A DNA stretch of 63,979 nt, filler included, from Kipferlia bialata (taxonomy: Eukaryota), in NCBI GenBank assembly GCA_003568945.1. It is 4 parts of 4 records of this genome, joined end to end, with 100 filler letters (N's around TTAATTAATTAA, not from the genome) between each part and the next. Parts side by side here need not be neighbours in the genome. Positions count along the whole stretch, not along the records: positions 19,529 to 38,946 come from BDIP01000425.1; positions 39,047 to 58,450 come from BDIP01000426.1; 2 more parts are not named here. One strand, 5' to 3'. Positions 27,018 to 40,940 of the stretch are shown piece after piece. A program made the position numbers and the translations under genes. Under the pieces are notes generated by a model. It saw nothing but the letters and a program-made list of their open reading frames with translations. It was not told the origin of the DNA and made no database searches. Every line of letters starts with the position of its first letter. Positions within the stretch are counted from its first letter, which is position 1.

Positions 27018-28456
27018 ATGCGTATCTCCCCACGTGTATGTATCCTGTGTGTGCTGCTGTGTGTAGCAGGAGTACTGGCCAGTAGCGACTGCCCCGCTGG
27101 AGGTACATAAGGGATAGATATTCGAGCCGTATCATTCTCACACTGATTGCCACATGTCATCAACTCCTCCACTCTCTCTCTCTCTGTCTAATCCCCTCCA
27201 CCCGTTTGAATCTCTCTCTCTATGTCCCCTTCCGTCCTCCTACGCATGCTATACAGTTAGGTTTTGTTTGGCACTCACTCTATTTGTCTCTTTGTGTCCG
27301 CCATTCAATCCATTAGATACTCTTTCTCTCTGTCTCTCATTCTCTCTCTGACTCATTATCTCCGTGTCATCTCACATAGACGAGCCCGACCCTGCTCTCT
27401 CTCTCTCTCCCCCCCATGTCTTTCCCATATACACATGTATGTACTAATATACACACATACACATATACACATATACACTACTATATCCCAGGTGAGAGGG
27501 GAGCCAGGCCCCACTCTGTCTCTCTTTCTCTCACATACATGCAATATACAGATATCACTAATGTTAGGCGAGCCAGACCCTGCTGACATAGGTGCAGTGC
27601 GCATCATGTCCATCAAGGTACTCTCTCTCCCTTGTCTCTCTCTCTCTATATATATAACATATATATACACATATACTTTATATATATATGGTATACGTAT
27701 ATGTCAACGCATATTGACATAGGTACAGTGCGCATCATGTCCATCAAGGTGTGTCAATCTATATACGTATATATATATATATATGGCATATATGGCATAT
27801 ATATATGTGTGTGTGGTATATGTGCATACACACACATATATATATTCATTAGTTGGTAGGTATAGTATGTAATATATTGGTACAGTACGCATCATGTCCA
27901 TCAAGGTACTCTCTCTCTCTTGTCTATCTCTCTCTATATATACTATATACAATATACAATTACAATATACATGGTACTCTCTCTCCCATGTCTCTCTCTC
28001 TCCCATGTCTCTATCTCTCTCTATATGTATATGGTATACGTATATGTAAACGTATGTTGATTGATGTAGATAGTTCGAATCATGTCCATCAAGGTACTCT
28101 CTCCACCTGTATTCTTTTCTTTTGGTTCATTGTATGTATATATTGTGTTCATATTTGAAGTGTATTACCTATATATGGAGAGGTAGCTCTAGTCTATATA
28201 GTCAACAATCATATCTCTTTCCCTCTCTCTCACTATTCTTCTAATTATCAGCGGTTCAACAAGCTTCTCTCCCCTCTCTCTCTTTCCCTATCTCTATTCC
28301 TTATTGTCAGGGGTTCAACAAGCTTGTGGACGGAGAGATACCCAGTCTGGAGCAGCAGATCACAACACTGGTGCTAGAGTGAGTATGGTATATACTCTGT
28401 ACCTCCCCTGTCTCTCTCTTTGCTATATTTCCTAGTGGTATTCAGACGCCCCTCTG

Positions 28457-28489
<33 letters not shown>

Positions 28490-28925
28490 ACCCTTATGGC
28501 AGTGATATCGAGACCGATCTTGACCTCGGCATAGCTGTGGTGCACCTATCCCTGACAGACCTGCAGACCACCAACTTCCACATGGACTCAATGGCAGGTA
28601 TACATCCTCTATGCATATACATTATACTCACATGTTAACAGATAGTGTTGATTCAGTATGTATATATATATATATCCACACAGACCTGCAGACCACATAC
28701 TTCCACATGGACTCAATGGCAGGTATCGACACTGTATACATTCAGTTACGTATATACGTGTTTATATTGTAACACTATTTTGATTCTATTATTTTAATAT
28801 TAGTCTACTCTATACTACTATATATTGCAGATCACCAACTTCCACATGGACCCAATGGCAGGTCCTCTCTCTCTCCATCTCTCTCTCTCTCTCTCTCTCT
28901 AGACCCATATATTTTACCCTAACTG

Positions 28926-28960
<35 letters not shown>

Positions 28961-29697
28961 ACACCCTTATGTCCAGCCAAGACTCTGCCAGAGACCCAGG
29001 AGCTCGAGCTGGACCTGTAAGTGAAAATCTTTCCACCCATATTCCTTCCTCTTGTGTTATTAACAGGATACTCTCTCTATTTCTCTCTCCATCCATATTT
29101 CCCTCCTCTGTGAAATATGTAGTAATAGTGTCTGTCTAACACTCCAGCGGCGATACCGACATTAACATGACCTTCGACTGGAGCTACACAGAGACGTCTT
29201 GGCCGTACGTACATCTGATACACCATGTCTATACATAATATACTATTATTATATATATATATGCGTATATCTCCTTCGACTGGAGCTACACAGAGACGTC
29301 TTGGCCGTACGTCCTCTATCACGTACTCTGTTATATTTAATGAGTATTCCAATTCAGCTTGTCTATTGACTGGAGCTACACAGAGAAGTCTTGGCCGTAC
29401 GTAACCCTAGCTCTCTATCTTGGTGACACCACCTCTCTCGCTCGCACTCTCTCTATATATATATGTATGTATATAAGGATATACGTCCATATGCATGTGT
29501 GTCACTCTCTCTGATCTCTAGCTTTGCTTCTGAACTTCTCTCTCTCTCTGTCTCTCTCTGTCTCTCTCTGTCTCTCTCTCTCTCTGTCTCTGTCTCTCTC
29601 TCTCTCTTTCTCTGTCCCTATCTCTCTATATATATTTATGTCTGATCTCTAGCTTTGCCTCAGACTCTGGTACTGGCACTGCCTCCTGTGCTGGTAT

Positions 29698-29736
<39 letters not shown>

Positions 29737-30763
29737 ATACTTACAGGTTCGCTTCCGACTCTGGCACTGGCACTGCCTCCTGTGCCGGTATCAACGGGGA
29801 CTTTGTACTGCATCCTGTGTATGACCATGTCTGTGGAGTACCACAGGTGCTGTATATATATATACATTTAGCATAGTATGTATAGTATTTTGTGCTGCGC
29901 CCCGTGTATGACCACACGTGCGGGGTGCCACAGGTATTGTATGTATATATATGTATATATATATGTGTGTGTGGATGTGTATGAATGGTATATGTTGTGA
30001 CTTTGTACTACATCTTGTGTATGACCACTACCTGTGGGGTACCACAGGTGCTGTATATATATAGTTATACTTAACAACATATATAGACTCTCTATATATT
30101 ATATAGTATGCATAGTATATTGTGCTGCACCCTGTGTATGACCATGTCTGTGGTGTTCCACAGGTACTCAATATGTATATATATATAGATAGATAGATAG
30201 ATAGATAGATCGTGGACCACGATTTGTGGTAGTACAACATGGGATATATAGTATTATGTTCCCTGAATATGACCTCACGTGCGTGGTCCACACACTCTCT
30301 CTCTCTCTTTCCCTCTATATGGCCTGCGTTCCACAGCGTGTAGTACGAGGGTAATGATTGAGTATTAGGTACCGGTTTTCCTTTATATATATCTCTATGT
30401 ATCCATAATGTAATCGTCTCTCTTGACACTGAATATCAGATGGACACAGATGAATTCAACTTGGATTTCGGCAACATCAAGATCACACTTGACGGTATGT
30501 TTTCTTCCATTCAATCCAGATATCAACGACTAGACTTGATATGCCGTTTCATTGCAACTCTGTCAATACTCATCTATGTACACGTCATTGTGGGGACATT
30601 GGTTCATCTACTCTCTCCCTCTCTCTCGTTCTCTATTCTTTCTCTCTCTATTATTCCTTAACTCCCAAGGAGAGCTTCAGAATTCTTCAATCTCTTTCTC
30701 TCTCTCTCTCTCTCTTTCGCTCTCTCTAACTCTAGGCGGGGCTTCCGAGTTCTTCCAGACATC

Positions 30764-30800
<37 letters not shown>

Positions 30801-31867
30801 GTCTCTCTTTCTAACTCTAGGCGGGGCTTCTGAGTTCTTCCAGACAATACTGAACGTGTTCATTGGATTAGTTGAAGATATCTTCACAGACAAGCTGAAT
30901 GAGCTGATAGCCCAGAGCATGACCGATTGTGAGTACAATGTATATATATATAGTATATATGTATATATATATATCCCTCCATATATATATATATATGTAT
31001 ATCTATGAAATAACATACCTCCTAAATGAGCTGATAGCTCAGAGCATGACCGACTGTGAGTAAGTACTCTCTCTTTTTGCCTCTGTCTCTCCTCCTAGCC
31101 CCTTATTATATGCTCAACACTGTATTGCCATACGTACACATGTATATGGATAGGAATGTTTCTCTATACTCACCCCCAGCCATCAACTGGACCCTCAGCC
31201 AGGAGAGTGGCTCAGTGGTGCCAGACGGTATGATGGAGGTGTGGATATACATACATCATTATGTATATATATACATATGTATATTTTGTAGAGTGGTCCA
31301 GTGGTGCGGGACGGTATGATGGAGGTGTGAATATACGTGTGTACTAGATATACATATGTGTAGGATTTTATATATATACTCATATTCTGCACTGTGTAGA
31401 GTCTACACAGCTGTACAGTCTCTCTCTCTCTCTCTCTACTACTCCCTACTACAATGCGTGGCACTTTGTCAGGAGAGGGAATGATGGAGGCGTGAATATA
31501 CGTGTGTGCCGTTAGAACTTCAGGATGCCGGACCCAGCCGTCATGTATAATATCTCTCTCTCCCCTCTCTACGTCTCTTTTTCTGTATACATAAGTGTCT
31601 GCTTACATACTAACTTCTAGGACTTCAGGATGCCGGACCTATTCTCTCTCTCTCCCCCTACACCCTTATTTCAGGACTTCAGGATGCCAGACCCAGCTGT
31701 CAATGTACAGGACAGCTACATGGCGGTGCACCTCACAGGATTTGTACGTATATACATATACTGTATGTATCACATTGTATATATGCGTACGTGCTAGCGC
31801 TTGGCTAACAGCACGTACTTCATCAGTACCATATGTATTATTTGTATCATTGTCCTGCATATTTGTC

Positions 31868-31910
<43 letters not shown>

Positions 31911-33348
31911 TGCCAGATCTACCCAGTCGAGGAGGGAGTCATGTGGCCAGGTATGACACTATATAGATACATATACATGTACTATACATATATATATATA
32001 TGTGTATGTATATATGGGGATATATATAGGGATATATATATAGGGAGTCCTGTGGCCAGGTATGACACTATATAGAAATATACGCATGCATGTATATATA
32101 TGTATGAATATATACGACATACACATATATACACATTATGTGTATAGTCATACATAGGGATATATATATATATATAGGGAGTCCTGTGGCCAGGTATGAC
32201 ACTTTCATTGATTCAAAGTCTACACACACATCCTGTTACACCTATCTCATCCCAGCCCGCAGTTCTATCATGCCCTCCCCCTTGCCCGATCTTGTCACAA
32301 GCGAGGACCTGCAGTTCGTGATCTCTAACACGTGAGTGTCAATCCTCACCCTATGTATAGGTCCTCACTAGATATATATTCTTATATAGTGAGGACTTCC
32401 AGTTCGTGATCTCCAACACGTGAGTTCACATGCCGATCGGATCTGATACTGTCCGATATGGATTTTACCCCACACCCGTACTAGTAATTTACTAGTAGTA
32501 AATGTATATGATACTACACTAGAATCTCACTGTAGAGTCTTTGAGTCCCTGTATCTATCCGGTCTCAGCCTGGACCTGCTACACGGACAGATAGACCGGG
32601 AGGAGGTATGGGTGGTATAAACCGCTACTGCATTAGTAGTGATACATGATGGGAGTGTATTCTCCCTCTATGTAATTACGTCTCTTACGCTTCAGGTCCA
32701 GAACCCCAAGTTGGCATCTATCTCATGTAACCTCTCTCAATAGTATGTACTCTCTATTAGTTACTACATCTTAACCATCAGGTCCAGAACCCCCAGCTGG
32801 CCTCTCTCCTGAACATATTTATATACTAACTACTACGGTATACTATTATAGTATATATATAAACTCCATATTAGGAACTACGATTCTTACTCCTTAGGTC
32901 CAGAACCCCAAGATGGCCTCTCTCCTGAACACATCCACCCTGGGGGGTATATGTCCAGGTATATATAGTGTATATTGGAAATGTTCCACTATTATATGCT
33001 TCGGTCAGTGAAATGTGAGTATACACGCACTCCTTCTCCCTGGGGGGGATATGTCCAGGTATTTATACTGGGTAAAGCGTATATAGTATTTATATTCAAT
33101 ATATGTTGTAGATTTTCTGCGTAGGTCCAGGTTGGTGGTGTAAGCAAGCATTCACGCACATATTCTCTTCTGGGTGCAACCAGATCTCTCTCTCACTTTC
33201 TCTCTCCCTCTCTCTCTCTAGACCCTTATTGTCAGGCGTCTATGAGGCATACCCTGACGCCCCCATCTCACTGAGCCTCGAGACCACCATAATGTGAGTA
33301 CACAATATATAAGTACCCATCTTTCCCTCCATCCCAGAACCAACCATG

Positions 33349-33386
<38 letters not shown>

Positions 33387-34889
33387 TACACACTAAGTAT
33401 CAGGCCCACCGCCACTGTCATGTCCATCTCTCTCTCTCTCTCTCTCCCTCTACACCCTTAATGTCAGGCCCACTGTCACAGTCATGCCAAGCGCAGTGTT
33501 CACAAATGTCACAGGTAAGTATTGTATATGTTGTGTTTGCATGTCGGAGTACACTTTGGTCGTTCCGTATTTTCTTTCCATTGTTCACACATACTCTCTC
33601 TCACTCTCTCTATTATCTGGACTCTGCTTCTTCCGCATACTTGGTCTATCTCTCCTGGCTATATTTATATGCACCTATGTCTCTGTCTGTGTGGGTGTCT
33701 TCTTATAGTATCAATATGTCACCTCACTCAGCTCACTGTTAGTGTCCATCTCTCCCTCTCTCTCTATGCATTTGTTTACATGTGCATAATTCTCTCAGTA
33801 TAACCATATCCTCTAAGTTAGAGTGCCTGGGTTAGAGCCTCTAACCCAGGCACTGTTCATGTCTCTCTACACGATGAGGCCTCTGACTCTCTCTCTCTCT
33901 CTCTCTCTAACTCAGGCACTGTCCATGTCTCAGTAGTCTGACTCTCTCTCTCTCTCTCTCTAACTTAGGCACGGTCCATGTCTCTGTGCATGATGCGACC
34001 TCTGACTCTATGGTGGATGCATTCACAGTCGGGTACAGCGCAGGGCTCGCTGGCGTACCAGCTTGCGAGACAGTATGTACGTATTCTTCTTCTTCTCTCT
34101 CTCTGTCTCCCTCTAGCCACTTATATCAGACAACGCCCAACACGCACAGAACTTCACGTCAATCTGGCTCAACTACCAGCCATTCAACCTCACTGGCTGG
34201 GAGATCAGCAGTGAGTATGGGCCTGTGGATATGACTGGACCCGCGGCAATGCAGCTGGAGGTGAGGGTATCTCTCTCTCTCTCTCTCTCATTCTCTCTCT
34301 CTCTGAACACTTATTGCCAGATGTACCTCTCTGCCTTTGCCGTTGCCCCCTGGATGTCTGTCTTTCTCTCTATCTCTCTCCCTCTACACCCTTATTGTCA
34401 GATGTACCTCTCTGCCTTTGCCGTAGCCCCCTGGATGTCTGAGTGGACCCGTGTACATGCACCAAACTTCGGAATTGGGGGGGTATGTATCTATGTACAT
34501 ATATATGCTTGGGGTGGTGAGTGGGTATATACTACTACTACTCCTCTCTCTCTCTCTCTCTCTCTCTTACCCCTAGGACTACTATGACTGGGCCAGTATG
34601 TACCCATTGCTGCAGGTAGGACTGTCCTACTTATATATATGCTCTACTCTGGTATCATTGTGTACAAGTCTCTTTCTCTCCCTGTCAATTATGGGAGTGT
34701 GTATGTGTTGCTATATAGACCGGTGTAGATACATATAGAAGCAAGGAGGCTTCACTTTCTTGGCCTCTATACCATTGTGGACCAGAATTTCTAAGATATT
34801 TATCTCTTTAGATTCAATGAATGCATCTTACCCTCTAGGCCCCTGGTACCATTGTTTACAACGTCCCTCTGGTAGACGACGTGTGGTGA
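27018..34889 (+). CDS. BPI/LBP/CETP (TULIP) family lipid-binding protein, secreted, about 20 or more exons
   Basis: Signal peptide MRISPRVCILCVLLCVAGVLA; exons GAVRIMSIK|GFNKLVDGEIPSLEQQITTLVL|DDIETDLDLGIAVVHLSLTDLQ..|DINMTFDWSYTETSWP|FASDSGTGTASC..|NLDFGNIKITLD|GGASEFFQTILNVFIGLVEDIFTDKLN..; C-half LGGICPG|VYEAYPD; ends YNVPLVDDVW* (TGA 34887-34889). Confidence 0.85.
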
Positions 34890-34955
34890 TCACACTATGA
34901 GAGAGAGAGAGAGAGAGATCTTATCTGGTGAGATGACGTGGTGATCACAGGTTGA

Positions 34956-34999
<44 letters not shown>

Positions 35000-35295
35000 A
35001 CCAATGTGCACTTGTATTATGACGATTAACTGACAATAGATATCTTTGAGTCCTTCATATATATACTCACATAGAGTACAGTTACCCTTGATCATCATGT
35101 CAGAGTTGGGAAGGATGCTGCTGAACCCGTGTGTACCTGCCAGTGATACTTCACCCCTCGTTCAAGTACCCCTGGGTCTGCCGTATATGCTGTAGTGTTA
35201 ATGTGATGGAGATCTAGATGCTGATACTGATACTGGTACTGTCACATCCGTCCAAATCCAACCAGAGCCAAGGGACCTGATCCCAGTTACTCAAT

Positions 35296-36912
35296 CTATT
35301 TCTTGACGTCCATCGTTTTGACCTCCTCTGTCTCCACGAGTGCCCTGAGTCTCAACAGGCCATCACCGCCGCACCTGGGGTATATACATTATCACTAATG
35401 TATACATGTGTTACATGTTTGTATATTTATATTCTCTATACGTGATTTATTGTGGGAACTAGTTATATGAATGTAAATATCTACAATTTCAGACACTGAA
35501 GAGAATCACCGCCGCACCTGGGGTTAGGCTTCCAAAATTACTGAATGTATGTAGAAAGGTATTGAGTATTGAGTTGTTCTCTATTCACGGCATTATTCAC
35601 AGCATATACATATGAAGCCCTACCTGGCGAATAGCTGTGCCATGAGGCCATTCTCGAGGCACTCGTCGAGATGTGTCGCTGTGCCATCCCTTCCCTCTGG
35701 GGGGTACACAGTCTGTGTAACACAGAGGCTAGGAACATGAGGTCCTTTAGTGTAACAATCTTGGTGGCCAATACCTGTGATAAGCATATATCTATATGTG
35801 AATATATATGTATATATATATATATATATATGTATGTATATAAGGGTGGGTACACAGAGGCTAGGAACATCAGTTGAAACCAGAGATAGAACTTATGTAT
35901 ATATATGTATATATATGTATACTAGGGTGGGTACACAGAGGCTAGGAACATGATGTCTTTAGAGTGACTGCCTTTGTGGCCAGTACCTGGTGATAAGAAT
36001 TAGAAATAGATTATTTAGACTTTGAATTTAGATTTGAGAGAGGCGTGGGGGGGCAGAAAGGGAGACTAAGGACCCCAAATATACAACTAGAGGCACTCGA
36101 AGAGAGTCATTTTATTGACAAGGACAACGGATCCATACCTCCGCAATGAGTGCTTGCTCTGCAGCAGGTATCTCGTCAATGAGGTGACCCTGTAGCTCTT
36201 CAGAGTGCATGCCTTGGTTTGAGACATATACTCACTACCTATATATATAGAAGTATGATAGAGTGACACGAGAGCAGTCACATTAGAGTGCATGCCTTGG
36301 TTAGAAGTATACTCTCTCTCTCTCTCTCTAGAGAAGTATATGATAGAGTGACACGAGAGCAGAATTAGAGTGCATGCCTTGGTTAAAGACATATAATCAC
36401 TCTCTATATATAGAAGAATGTGATAGTGTGACATTAGAGCAGTCATATTAGAGTGCATGCCTTGGTTAGAAGTATACTCTCTCTCTCTCTATATATATAT
36501 CTATGATAGTGTGATACAAGAGCAGTGTCGACATGATCTAAATGCTTCGACCAGCTTGGTATACACATATATATAATGAGTATCGATCTGATCTGTCATT
36601 CTCTCTCTCTTTCAGTCTAAAGACACACCTGCATTGACTATCTTTTCCACCGGCCACTTGTTATCTAGCTATCCTCGCAAGAGCATTGAAGCCATGGAAG
36701 GCCAGGTAGTCCATGGACTCTCCAGCATTAGCCAGTATCTCATCTGTGATCACTCTGTGCTTAGTAGTCGCTATTTCAGCTTCCAGCTTAGCCAGCCTGC
36801 CAATGGGGGCAGTAGCAGTATCAGTAGCAGGGCACACACGCTTGGCAAGAGGAGTAGTCACAGGACCAGAGGCTGGCTCCGGACTCTCTATGTCAGACCC
36901 ACTGTCAGACAT
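35296..36912 (-). pseudogene. Frameshifted 4-exon gene with ARM-like helical segments (pseudogene or consensus error)
   Basis: FNALARIA/DNKWPVEKIVNA|GMHSEEL.. needs a frameshift at ~36661-36667, and VLHRLCT/EGRDGTATHLDECLENGLMAQLFA|RCGGDGLLRL needs a second in the C6 run at 35699-35704. Splice sites are intact. Confidence 0.5.
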
Positions 36913-37430
36913 TGAAGAAAAGAATGGCGGTGTGAACAAGGTTCGATTCTTTTTGGTTAGAAAAGGGTCTCGGGAAAAATCCGGAAAGACCTCGGAAATT
37001 ATTTATCCAGAAAAGATCTGCTTATGTAAGGGGTTCATTAACCGTACCTGGAATAATAAGATCCACTCCACTTCATTGACTTGATAGATCTCCCGCGATG
37101 TTGCAAGGTGATGATGTGGAGGGAAATGGTGGAAATTCTCGTGTGAAGGGCCGTAGACGAGCTATGAGCCGGAAACAGAGAGAGAGAAGAGAGAAGAAGA
37201 GAATCATGGATTCCTTCTCGCAGTCTGACATACACGCCTACGCATTGCATGTAATAGCCTCGGGGTAAGTAGTTACCTTCCAAAACACATTTTAACCTCA
37301 TTTACATCAACTGAGTGGTTGTGTCTTGTTATTTGTGTTCTACTAGGCCTAGTATTATTAATACATATCATTTCTGACATCTAGTATAAAGGCGTACGCT
37401 GCGGGTCCCAACCCACTCTTCCCAGTAGAG

Positions 37431-38599
37431 ATGAGGTATGTCACCTTACTGGCAGTAGGCTACTGCCTATTTCTCAATCTGTTTGATTCCCTTTCCCTGC
37501 TTCAATCTCATGCATGTGAATATGAAGCCTATATATAATATATAGGTGTTTGCAAGTAGTAAGGTATCTGACCCTAGTATGGTTCCCCGGCTCCTCTCAG
37601 TACAATAACACAGAGAGAGTAGATCTATATAAACATGGTGTATGGTGTATAGCTTTTACAGGTGCCTATGGGGGGGGGGCTGAAAGATATCTGACCCCAG
37701 TATGGTTCCCCGGCTCCGCTCTCTGATCCGCAAGGGGTACAAGGTGGCACTTCGGTGCCAGCGAAAGTAAGTGATAGTTAGGATATCCTCCCTCACCCCC
37801 ATCTCCCCCCCTCCCCCTCCCCCCCTCCCCCTCCCTCCCATGATGGGATCATCACCCTCTCACTTCAGCCAGAGGCTTCTCCACTCCACTATATATATAA
37901 ATGTATATATATGTGTGTGTGTATCCGTATATGTACTGACTGCAGCCAGTGGCTTGCCCCGGACTATTGGTTCCTCTCTCTCTCTCTCTCTCCCCCTCAA
38001 CCTCTCCAACTCACTGCAGCCAGAGGCTTCTCCACTTCCTAGAGCTGCGCACCGTAGAAGAGGGTCACCTTACTCAGGTAGTTAGATACTAATTGTAACG
38101 TTGCCAGACTCTTTCTCTCTCTCTGTTGTTTTTTGAGGCTCTCCTTACTCAGGTAGTTACATGCTGGTAGTGTATATGCACTCTCCTGTGACAATGTGTT
38201 TAATGGTATAGGCCTTCTAGCGTCAATGCCATTGTGTGTAGTTATGTATTGATATCCAACTCACTATAGATCCTTAGTATATGATCCACGCTGATACGAG
38301 ACTGTCTCTCTCTCACTGCATCTCTCTCTCTGTCTTTCTGTCTTCCTCTCCCTCTCTTCACCTCTAACCCCCAGGAGCTCTTTGACACTATACACTCTTT
38401 CTCTCTCCCTCTATATACACCATAAGTTAAGGCTTAACCCTCTATACACCATTAGTTAAGGATTAACCCTAGGAGTTCTTTGACAGCATACATTAGACTC
38501 TTATGGTAAGAGGGGCCATTCTCTCTCCCTCTCTCTACACCCTTTTACCCTAGGAGTTCTTTGGCAGCACACATAAGGCCCTTATGTCATAAGGGGGGC

Positions 38600-38634
<35 letters not shown>

Positions 38635-38810
38635 CCTCATATAATATAACACCAGGAGTTCTTTGACAACATTCATAAGGGGGGCCATTCTCTCTCTCTC
38701 TCTCTCTACACCCTTTTACCCTAGGAGTTCTTTGACAACATTCATAAGGGGGGCAGGGAGTACAAGGGCACCAAATTCACCTCGGTAGAGTGCCTCCAGA
38801 CTCACTATAA
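37431..38810 (+). CDS. Hypothetical protein, 4 exons visible, 3' truncated by scaffold end
   Basis: ATGAG|GT..ctgaccccag|T gives MSMVPRLRSLIRKGYKVALRCQRN|QRLLHFLELRTVEEGHLTQ|EFFDNIHKGGREYKGTKFTSVECLQTHYK; intron phases are consistent. Confidence 0.65.
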
Positions 38811-38946
38811 GTACGATTAATTGATTGATTGATTGATTTACTTACGACACTAGTGCGGCGTGACCCTCCGGGTCACCAGTGTGGCATACAAGAATACATA
38901 CTCCCCTGGCCAGTACTTATGCATTGATTCATACTACTACATAGTA

Positions 38947-39046
38947 NNNNNNNNNNNNNNNNNNNNNNNNNNNNNNNNNNNNNNNNNNNNTTAATTAATT
39001 AANNNNNNNNNNNNNNNNNNNNNNNNNNNNNNNNNNNNNNNNNNNN
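38947..39046. other. Artificial scaffold linker
   Basis: N44-TTAATTAATTAA-N44. Confidence 0.97.
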
Positions 39047-39092
<46 letters not shown>

Positions 39093-39136
39093 TCTCTCCC
39101 CCCCCGACCCTCCTTCCTACTTTTGCTCACAGTCAG

Positions 39137-40721
39137 ACATGCTCAGAGGATGATGATCGACCGAGGCCGCATTCTGCACAGAGAGCGTGCTCGATTACCC
39201 ACCACCCCTGTCCGACGAGTCCTCTCCTTCCTTATAGGCCAGCATGCATACCTTCTAGCAATCGTCCTAGGCACCCTCAGTGGGGTAGTGCTGTCAGCGA
39301 TGCTGCCCCTCTTTGTGTCTGGCACAGGAGAGGTCTCCCCGTACTATGCTGTGCTGGTGGTCCTGGTGTACTGCTGGTTCCCCTACTCGCTCTCTGTGGC
39401 CAGGACCTGGGCCCATGGGACAGGCCCTGATGGTCAGGCTGGCATGGCAGCATACCTAGCCACTCTGTGCATGTGTGCAGTGCTGGCTGGGGTACAGCAG
39501 GAGTACGTCCTGCTCTCTGACTACGGCATGGTGTTGCTGAGTGCCTTCCTGGCCATCCCTGCCTGTACCATATGGGCCCATGCACTAGTCTTTGGCCTAG
39601 TGCAGAGTGCCCTCAAGCCCGTCCTCAAGAGGCGCATCCACATACCCTCCTTTGCATACCCCGAGGCGGCAGTCAGCGCCCAGATGGCATTTGGCCTAGT
39701 GATAGGGGTGCTCATGATGGCACAGAACCCCGTCTCCTCCCTGTATGTGTGGGTCATACCCCCACTTTCTCTGCTTGGCCATCGCATAGTGTTCATGGTA
39801 GTGGGAGGGTGGGGATTGGTTGGGTCCCCCACCTCGGTCCAGGCCAGATCCCACCTCCTCACTGTGGCTGCCAGTTATGTGGCCATATGCACCTTACTAG
39901 TCATGGGTACTGTCCCCGGGCACTACCTGGGGGAGGGGGAGGCGGCACTCTGGCAGTATGTGCGCACACTGCTGATGGAGAGTGGGGGCTCCAGTCCACC
40001 AGGGGCATTCCTTGCATCTGTCTTGGGCAACAAGTCCCTGTCAGGTATGGACTAGGGGGGTCACGGTTGTGCTATGCCTATCGTAATGTATTCTATAGGT
40101 GTCTCTGCCACTATATCCCACCCCCAGGCACCCTTGTCCTTGTCTGTATGCTGCTGGTGGTGTATGAGACGTGGCAGATGTCGCAGGCCAGGAGAGGGGC
40201 TCACATGCTGTCCCACACAGTCCAAGCAGGTGAACCTCTCACTCGTCCCTGTACCAGGGGTCTTTTCCAAGTTCAATCGTTCTGTTGTTCTTGTCACATA
40301 GACATAGACCGATCATCATACCCATTGCTACCTCCCCTCACCCCCAGAGATGGACAGGGTCAGTCTATATGGCAGAATCAAGCAGCAGGCACCAAGGCGC
40401 CCAGCAGCGTTTTCCCTCGGCACTAACCGCGGCTCTCGGTCGGACTCCACGACCTACACCACAACAGCCAACCAGTCAGCCAGTCAGATCAGACTCCTAG
40501 TGGCCAAGCACCCCAACAACATTCGCAGATTAGAGCGGCACGGCACCTCCCGCACGTACCTGGGAGGGGCAGCCAAGCCCCCCATCCCGGCATTCCCAAG
40601 GCCTAGGCACGGCAAGGCTAGGAAGAGCAGGCGCCACTCGGCCCTGCCCCAGAAGACCAGGAGGATGAGTGTGCTGTCGACTGTGTCCAGTGTGGATAAT
40701 CAACAAGACAGAGAAGGGTAG
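39137..40721 (+). CDS. Multi-pass membrane protein of unknown function with a basic C-terminal tail, probably 5' truncated
   Basis: GC-rich ORF 39123-40055 with about 8 hydrophobic segments, spliced in frame (SLS|GTLVLVCMLLVV..VQA|EMDRVSLY..DREG*). Confidence 0.75.
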
Positions 40722-40940
40722 AGGGAGAGGGAGTGAGGAGAGAGTTTCGATTAGTGGTGACCTATGATCTATTTCATAGCCACCAAATGTGTATAATTGT
40801 AGCATGGCTTGACCAACACACCCTTGTGTACTGGTCGCCTAGTAGAGCCAGGCTCATATTAGATAGACGTGTATTTGTATCTGCTTCGATCGATGAGGTG
40901 TAACACTCTCTCAAGGTTCATATATCACCAGACATTCTCT

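Noticed and set aside
35200..35300. TAA/TAG read as Gln, as in hexamitid diplomonads
   Set aside because: The 2476-aa ORF has many Gln but no in-frame TAR, and several genes end at TAA or TAG at the expected C-terminus.
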